DNA of 64,000 bases from a virus: positions 1-64,000 of IMG/VR virus record IMGVR_UViG_3300012000_000002. One strand, written 5' to 3'. The translations under genes were made by a program, and so were the position numbers. Positions 58,416 through 64,000 of this stretch are shown here, piece after piece. Under the pieces are notes generated by a model. It searched no databases. It was not told the origin of the DNA and saw nothing but the letters and a program-made list of their open reading frames with translations. Within the stretch, counting starts at the first letter, position 1. Each line of letters begins with the position of its first letter.

Positions 58416-59259
58416 CTACATAATGCTCCAAGCAAGAACGCAAAGTGTTTTCATGCAACGAAAGAACCTTAGAGATTGGGTCTTGATAACCTCCAGCAAG
58501 ATTCCAAACAATCGGCTTTTGATGCTTGGCAGCGAACTGAAACACGATATCATCACGAAGCTTCATTTGTTCAGTGGTCAGATATCCACCAAGAGGATCG
58601 TTGATGTGAGGATCGGCACCGGCTTGATAAAGCAAGATATCACAATCACGGAAGTTTGCATTGAGATATGCAGGAAGCTTTAGAAGCCAATGATCGAAGT
58701 TATCACCGTTATGTGCAAACTCACCAAAGGTGTAGTGTTCGATAAGCTTGTTAGCTCCCTCAAACCGATTAATGATATCGTGCGTACCATTTCCATAATG
58801 GGCATCAAAATCGATGATACCGATTCGTCCAACACCCTGCTTCCAAAGCTGGAATGCTGTAACCATCAAGCCGTTGAAGGTACAAAACCCTCCGCAGCTA
58901 CTATAGCAACTGTGATGAAATCCGCTTGTGGGACTCATTGCAACAGTATCATTTACCAGCGCATATTCAGCGGCACGCAAAAAGCTACCAACCGTATAAG
59001 GCAAGCTATTCGCTACAGCCTCCAAGGTGTTACCAAACCCATTCATTCGACGCAACGACAAAATATCGTCAACAAACTTAGGATCGTGAGCAACAGCGAT
59101 TTCGTGCTTACTCACTGGCAACCAATCGTTTACTACATCAATTCGCTTGCTCTTATTGAAAAGCTCTACAACCTTTTCGGGCTTTCCTGCGCTCGGAGAA
59201 AAACTGGTGTTGGTGCTAACAGACTGCTTTGGAGAATAAAAGACCTTGAGATTCGACAT
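58405..59259 (-). CDS. Zn-dependent histone deacetylase (HDAC/AcuC) family enzyme
   Basis: SGFHHS, GGFCTFN, IDFDAHYGNGT, YQAGADPHINDPLG, LAGGY; catalytic and metal residues intact. Confidence 0.92.
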   Translation of the reverse strand: MSNLKVFYSPKQSVSTNTSFSPSAGKPEKVVELFNKSKRIDVVNDWLPVSKHEIAVAHDPKFVDDILSLRRMNGFGNTLEAVANSLPYTVGSFLRAAEYALVNDTVAMSPTSGFHHSCYSSCGGFCTFNGLMVTAFQLWKQGVGRIGIIDFDAHYGNGTHDIINRFEGANKLIEHYTFGEFAHNGDNFDHWLLKLPAYLNANFRDCDILLYQAGADPHINDPLGGYLTTEQMKLRDDIVFQFAAKHQKPIVWNLAGGYQDPISKVLSLHENTLRSCLEHYVDAT

Positions 59260-59281
59260 ATGCTTTATTTCCTTTAGTATT

Positions 59282-59310
59282 ATAATAACACGTTTTAACA
59301 ATATTCTAAA
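59282..59310 (-). promoter_or_regulatory. Early promoter of the HDAC-HNH unit
   Basis: TTTAGA-N17-TATTAT (TGt extended), then AAGGA SD. Confidence 0.72.
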
Positions 59311-59319
59311 AGAAATAAA

Positions 59320-59347
59320 AAAGGCTTTTTGTTTCCAAAAAGCCTTT
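59320..59347 (-). terminator. Terminator after the tail tube gene
   Basis: AAAGGCTTTTT-gtttcc-AAAAAGCCTTT with flanking T-runs. Confidence 0.75.
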
Positions 59348-59382
59348 GTTTTAAGGGTGTTTAGCGATTTTGAGAAAGAATA

Positions 59383-59874
59383 TCAATATTGCATTACACA
59401 GTTGTCGAAACGTAGGGTAAGAGAAATTTCTGCCATATCTGCGGTGCTATCGTATGAAAGATCACCGAAACCTGCTGTTGTGCAGAAAGCTCCTTTGATA
59501 TCCCAAAGTTGGATTACTGTACCAACTGGGTCAAGCATTTTAAGTTGAATGTCACGCTTGTAGAAGTCTGGGTAACCAGCACGACCTGATACAGATTCAA
59601 AGCAAAGGCGAACCCATTCCATTACTTGTTGAGCACCAGATGGTGCTATTGGATCGTGAAGGGTTACAGCGAGGGTACCGAAGGTTGTTTTACCAGCAAC
59701 ATAGCGTGTGCTGTTAATCCAGTTGATTGTTACTTCTTCGGTTGTGATTTCTGGTCTTGCTGCTGTTTTCACCAAGAATGCGTCAATACCTTCGATAGCG
59801 AAGATAAACTGACGTTTCATCATTGGGGTAAACTTAGCTGGAAGCATTTCCGTTACTGATAATGTTTGTGCCAT
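59383..59874 (-). CDS. Tail tube protein (T4 gp19-like)
   Basis: RQFIFAIEGI...RP...EV.I.WIN..RYVAGK..F..L.VTL.D...W...YKRDI.L.MLDPVG.VIQ.W.I.GAF...FGDL. Confidence 0.88.
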   Translation of the reverse strand: MAQTLSVTEMLPAKFTPMMKRQFIFAIEGIDAFLVKTAARPEITTEEVTINWINSTRYVAGKTTFGTLAVTLHDPIAPSGAQQVMEWVRLCFESVSGRAGYPDFYKRDIQLKMLDPVGTVIQLWDIKGAFCTTAGFGDLSYDSTADMAEISLTLRFDNCVMQY

Positions 59875-59925
59875 TGACTTAAACTCCTATTTTCTTTAAG
59901 TTAAATATTGCTTGTTTTCTATTTT

Positions 59926-62900
59926 TCAACCACCAACAAAGTTATTGCGGTTTGTTACGAAGAAGTCGATTGTGAAGAACTCTAGAGATGTGGTTGGGAT
60001 TAGATAAATCTTGCCACGAAGAGTTTTGTTATCTAGATCGGCTTGTGTTGTTGTTGTTGCATCGATAACAACACGATAACGTTCAACACCACCAGCGGAT
60101 TGATAACGTGCCATGATTGGTTGAACAGCAGCGTTAAATGCTTGTAGCGTTGTTGATTGAGCTGGTTCGAACAAGAAGCGTGTTGCAACTTGACGTACAT
60201 CACGACGAATTGCAATAAGCAATCTACGAACGTTTACACGGTTAAGCAAACTGTCTTTGTTGAGAAGAGTTTTTTGACCCCACACAACTGGACCAACACC
60301 TTGTTTTGAAAGCAAAAGGTTTATTCTTGCCACATAAAGGGTGTCAGAGTTGGCTTGATTTAGTGCAACAGCAAAGTCTGTTACGTTAGCAAGTGTGCCT
60401 CTTGTAAAGCCTGCTGGTGCGTTGAATGGTTGACCAACTGTATCGTTTTTAGCATATGCACCAAGTACAGCAACAGATGGTGGTACTTTTTCATAAACAG
60501 AACCGTCGTTTGTTACAATGTTTACGTCTGGGAAATAAGTTGCTGCAAAGCTGCTGTTTACTCCACGAGTAACGAATTGTTGCGCTGTTTGTGAAACGTT
60601 AACTGCTTCATAAGAACCAGTAAGTGATGTACCATTAGAATCATATTGTTCTGGATCCATGATGTAGAAACAGTCGAAGCGATCATTTTCTACAGCGTTG
60701 ATTGCTGTATCTGTGACATAACGCACACGGATACCGGGCATTGTAAGAAGTTGGATGTTAACATCGTTAACATCTGAGATAATTCCAATGCTCTTCAAGT
60801 AGCTTTGTACGGTTGGACCGTTTGTTAGACCACGGCTTGTTTGTGTGATTTCTTGAGCAACGGCTGCGTTTTTAAGATAACGTGTATCTGGATTAAAGAT
60901 ACGAGTACCATCGAAACCACGTTCTAGATAAAAGCTGAACTTAGCCAAGCGTTGTACTGCGGCATTTTCAACAAGGTCGTTCACTGAAAGAGCTCTTGTT
61001 TTTGTTGCTTCGTCAGCGGCAATGTTTCCTGCACGAACATAACTCCAGCTTAGAAGTGCTGCTGTGCTTGTGTTTGGTACGTCGCCGCTACCCGTTACAA
61101 TCTTAACTTTTTCTAGAGAGAAAAGGTTGTTGTTAAACAAGTCTGAGTCAATGATACCGTTTGCGGTTGTGGTAGCTGCGCCATTGTTATCAAACACTGC
61201 TGGTTGCACATTTGTTGAGCCTTCAAGATTTGGATAATACTTGCTGAATCCAAGTAAGCTTGGATTAAAGATAGAACTTCCATTTGGATCGGTAAGGCTT
61301 GTTACGTTTTGGAATTGTACACCCCAATAAAGACCTGTGTCAACACCAGAAGAAGCAGATAGCTTCTTAATGTTTAGACGCATTGGAATAGGTGGTTGCG
61401 ATGCGTTGTAAAGTGGTACGCCCCCGCCAGCAAAGTATGGGAAAGCTGGGGCTAGTAAATCGCCTTGCTTGATGTTATAAAGTGAGCTTGACCCTTGTGT
61501 TACAAGGTGTTGCGGACCACGGAAACCAAAAGGCATCGCTGAAGGATCAAGTTCACCAGCGTCTACTGCATCTGCAATTTCAACACGAACATAACGAGAA
61601 TTGTTTGAATAAGATCCATCTGTTGTTACTTTTTGTGAAGCTGTGTCTGTGTCGAAGTTAAAGAACGTGTTTATGTTGCCGATTTTCTTGGCAATATAGT
61701 TTGGTGAAGTTGGATCAAGTGAGCAGTTTGTAAATGTTTCCAAAGCTGCATCGTTATCGGTTGAAGTCATCGAACGAACAAGAACTGTAAACACACCATA
61801 TGGTTGTGTTGCTGTTCCGGGTTGAATGTTAACGATAGATATCTTTACCTCACCATTGCTTGCTTCACCATCTGAGAGACTGTGGAAACGGAAAAGATTT
61901 TGTGGAACTCCACCGAATCCTTGAGAAATAACCCAAGGTGAGAAAGCGTGGCCATAACGATCTTGGAAGCCTTCGAAGTTTGGTGTGATTGCTGAACCAA
62001 CGTTTGATGTGTGGGTAGCGTTCGAACCAGATGAAGGAACAAGGAACGCAATGTTTTGTTTGGTACCGTAAGCAGAGCCAGAAGAAGCCACAATAACACC
62101 AGAACCTGTTGGAACTGCAAGGGCAGAGAATACATCAAAGCTACCATAAAGCAAGTGACCAGCTTCTTCTGTTTTAAGCGGATCAGTATTCAAAACACTT
62201 GGGAAATAGTTCACGGCTTGTGGATCGAAACTTGCAGTAATAACGTTCGGATAACGTGCATCTGTTCCTTTGTGACCATTAAGAATCATCACAAAGCTTT
62301 GTTGGCCAGAGGCAAGTTCAACTGACCCAGTAAATGCACCACTGAATGACATTTCAGTAGCTACAAAGCTTGAAGCTGGAGCTGGTGAATTTTGTGCTGC
62401 TGATGATAGACGAAGCACAACTCCAGACGGAGCAAACAGCACACCACGAACGATTGGTACTGAGCCTGTTGAAGTTTGCAAGCCTGCATCAGAAAACACA
62501 GTAGAGCCAACTGATTCACTCATGAAGCAACCAAGCATATACACAGAGCCGGTCACACCACCTGCGTTTGCAAACACGTTGTTTCCAAGAGCACCAGTGC
62601 TTCCACTTGGCTGTTGAGAACCAACAACGAAACCTGCATCTGTTACAGTTCCGTTAGTATTTCGTGCTAAACCTTGACCAGCTCCAAGCACTCTTAGTTG
62701 CATGAGAGGTACACCAGTGTTACTAAACCATTCTCTCGCTGAAAGATAACCTAGTGGAGTATTTGAGTTAACACCACCAAACACTGACACATATTGTGTT
62801 AGTGTTGTTGCCATGATAGGAACAAATGCTGGTCCTTTGGCTGTTGTAGATATTACCAACGCAGGAACTCCTGATGGTGAGCGAGTTGTTGGTTGACTTA

Positions 62901-62943
62901 TATCAAACTCTCTTGCTAGTACGCCGGGGCTTAATAGTGCCAT
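59926..62943 (-). CDS. Tail sheath protein (copy 1)
   Basis: LSPGVLAREFD N-terminus; KGPAFVP; YFPDV; PAGFTRG; WGQKTL; RVNVRRLL. Confidence 0.93.
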   Translation of the reverse strand: MALLSPGVLAREFDISQPTTRSPSGVPALVISTTAKGPAFVPIMATTLTQYVSVFGGVNSNTPLGYLSAREWFSNTGVPLMQLRVLGAGQGLARNTNGTVTDAGFVVGSQQPSGSTGALGNNVFANAGGVTGSVYMLGCFMSESVGSTVFSDAGLQTSTGSVPIVRGVLFAPSGVVLRLSSAAQNSPAPASSFVATEMSFSGAFTGSVELASGQQSFVMILNGHKGTDARYPNVITASFDPQAVNYFPSVLNTDPLKTEEAGHLLYGSFDVFSALAVPTGSGVIVASSGSAYGTKQNIAFLVPSSGSNATHTSNVGSAITPNFEGFQDRYGHAFSPWVISQGFGGVPQNLFRFHSLSDGEASNGEVKISIVNIQPGTATQPYGVFTVLVRSMTSTDNDAALETFTNCSLDPTSPNYIAKKIGNINTFFNFDTDTASQKVTTDGSYSNNSRYVRVEIADAVDAGELDPSAMPFGFRGPQHLVTQGSSSLYNIKQGDLLAPAFPYFAGGGVPLYNASQPPIPMRLNIKKLSASSGVDTGLYWGVQFQNVTSLTDPNGSSIFNPSLLGFSKYYPNLEGSTNVQPAVFDNNGAATTTANGIIDSDLFNNNLFSLEKVKIVTGSGDVPNTSTAALLSWSYVRAGNIAADEATKTRALSVNDLVENAAVQRLAKFSFYLERGFDGTRIFNPDTRYLKNAAVAQEITQTSRGLTNGPTVQSYLKSIGIISDVNDVNIQLLTMPGIRVRYVTDTAINAVENDRFDCFYIMDPEQYDSNGTSLTGSYEAVNVSQTAQQFVTRGVNSSFAATYFPDVNIVTNDGSVYEKVPPSVAVLGAYAKNDTVGQPFNAPAGFTRGTLANVTDFAVALNQANSDTLYVARINLLLSKQGVGPVVWGQKTLLNKDSLLNRVNVRRLLIAIRRDVRQVATRFLFEPAQSTTLQAFNAAVQPIMARYQSAGGVERYRVVIDATTTTQADLDNKTLRGKIYLIPTTSLEFFTIDFFVTNRNNFVGG

Positions 62944-62992
62944 GTTTTATTCTCCGTATATCAAACGTTAACGATAAATAGAAGAATAAAAA

Positions 62993-63021
62993 AAAACTGC
63001 CACCTTTCGATGGCAGTTTTT
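62993..63021 (-). terminator. Terminator between the two sheath genes
   Basis: AAAACTGCCA-N8-TGGCAGTTTT with T-runs. Confidence 0.8.
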
Positions 63022-63057
63022 CTTTTGTGCTAGTTTCGTTCTAGCGTATTAATGTAA

Positions 63058-64000
63058 TCAGATAGAAACTCCGCTTGGAAGAACAACGAAATCCATTACG
63101 ATGTATTCGATTGCTCTTGTTGGAAGCACTCTAATTTGAGCATTCATACGGTTGCTGTTAACGTCTTCAGCAGTATTGTTACGATCATCACAGATAATCG
63201 CAAACTGTTCAATACCTTGTTGGGCTTGAACTGTTGCAAGTACCAATGCTGCTTCGTTAACAAAACGTGTGCGAAGTGCTGGTGTGTTTTGTTCGAAGAG
63301 CAAACGGTTACCGATTGCAACAATTTGACGCTTGATTTCTAGTAACATTCTTTTAACGTTAATAGATTCCAAAGCACTTTCTGCTTGTTGCAATGTGTTT
63401 TGTGAGAAGAACACATAGTTGGCACCGGGGAACTTCACGATTGGGTTAATGTTGGCATCGTAAAGTGTGTTGCGATCATTTTGGTTTATTCTTATTGAAG
63501 TAAGAAGTACGAAACCAAGAGAACCACGATCAAATCCTGCTGGAGCAAACCAAGGGAACTTAACACGGTCGTTATAGCTCAATGCTGAAAGAGCAGCAAT
63601 AGAAGCTGGGAGTTGTACACGGCGAGTGTTAACAGTGTCTTCGATAACGATGTTGGGGAAGTATGCTGCACCACCGTTGTTATCCAATGCACGGTTTATA
63701 AACGCATTTGATGTTTTGTTGATGGAGATTGATCGATTTGATTCACCATCAAAGATACGAACATCGTCTTTGTCGTATGGTTGAAGGTCTAGAAGATAAA
63801 AACTCAAACCGTAATCTGTGTTTTTCTCTAGTGCGTAGTTTGTGATAAGTGGATCACGTTGACCGGGCGTTGCAAGAATGTTGTTGTTTGCAAGGCTTGG
63901 GTTGGTTGCAATATCAAGTGCTGTGCGATAAGCAACAACGTTTTGGTTAGAAGCACCAACGCCAGTATAGTTGGTTGCTGATGGAGCACCGGGAGATACA
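63058..64000 (-). CDS. Tail sheath protein (copy 2), 5'-truncated by the window
   Basis: Frame open to base 64000; AAYFPNI, PWFAPAGFDRG, LYDANINPI, QNTLQ, INVKRML, PTRAIEYI. Confidence 0.9.
   Translation of the reverse strand, partial: VSPGAPSATNYTGVGASNQNVVAYRTALDIATNPSLANNNILATPGQRDPLITNYALEKNTDYGLSFYLLDLQPYDKDDVRIFDGESNRSISINKTSNAFINRALDNNGGAAYFPNIVIEDTVNTRRVQLPASIAALSALSYNDRVKFPWFAPAGFDRGSLGFVLLTSIRINQNDRNTLYDANINPIVKFPGANYVFFSQNTLQQAESALESINVKRMLLEIKRQIVAIGNRLLFEQNTPALRTRFVNEAALVLATVQAQQGIEQFAIICDDRNNTAEDVNSNRMNAQIRVLPTRAIEYIVMDFVVLPSGVSI

Noticed and set aside
58690-59277. 195-aa antisense ORF over the HDAC gene
   Set aside because: Same shadow-ORF effect; the minus-strand HDAC has full motifs and a promoter
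1-64000. Stop-codon reassignment, as seen in some jumbo phages
   Set aside because: Conserved genes are full length in the standard code and end at TAA, TAG and TGA
1-64000. tRNA, rRNA, CRISPR array, reverse transcriptase/DGR or invertase
   Set aside because: Intergenic gaps are too short and show no cloverleaf or repeat-spacer pattern; no RT or recombinase ORF was recognised; fibre repeats are coding and in direct orientation
1-64000. Eukaryotic giant virus or bacterial chromosome origin, suggested by HDAC, DnaJ and GroEL
   Set aside because: T4-type sheath and tube, spanin/endolysin genes, SD sites and sigma70-type promoters indicate a bacteriophage

Overview
This is a gene-dense 64-kb segment of a large, AT-rich, T4-like contractile-tailed (jumbo) phage genome in the standard genetic code. 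It is not a cellular chromosome. It contains replication and nucleotide genes (5'-3' exonuclease, DnaB-type helicase, nrdB/nrdA, thyA, folA, Prim-Pol), protein-quality genes (ClpP, DnaJ, a degenerate GroEL), a modular tail-fibre cluster, PIN-PhoH, a free-standing GIY-YIG endonuclease, a lysis cluster (amidase, GH73-like muramidase, holin-like protein, i/o-spanins), a tail tube and two tandem sheath genes. The most unusual elements are as follows. (1) A tandem array of four GNAT-like paralogs plus a fifth distant copy. (2) A shared Glu-terminated N-terminal leader on about 15 unrelated proteins, suggesting head-packaged enzyme cargo. (3) An intact HDAC-family deacetylase under an early promoter, plus a histone-H1-like Hc1 protein, which together hint at a phage acetylation writer/eraser system. 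(4) A GroEL that appears ATPase-dead. (5) Two promoter classes, TTTAGA-N17-TATTCT (early) and TA(N)(T/A)TA (late), often producing leaderless mRNAs. (6) Hairpins that hide the ribosome-binding sites of the endolysin and the homing endonuclease, each with a late-promoter-like hexamer in the loop. All family assignments come from motif recognition by eye; no searches were run. No tRNA, rRNA or CRISPR array was seen.
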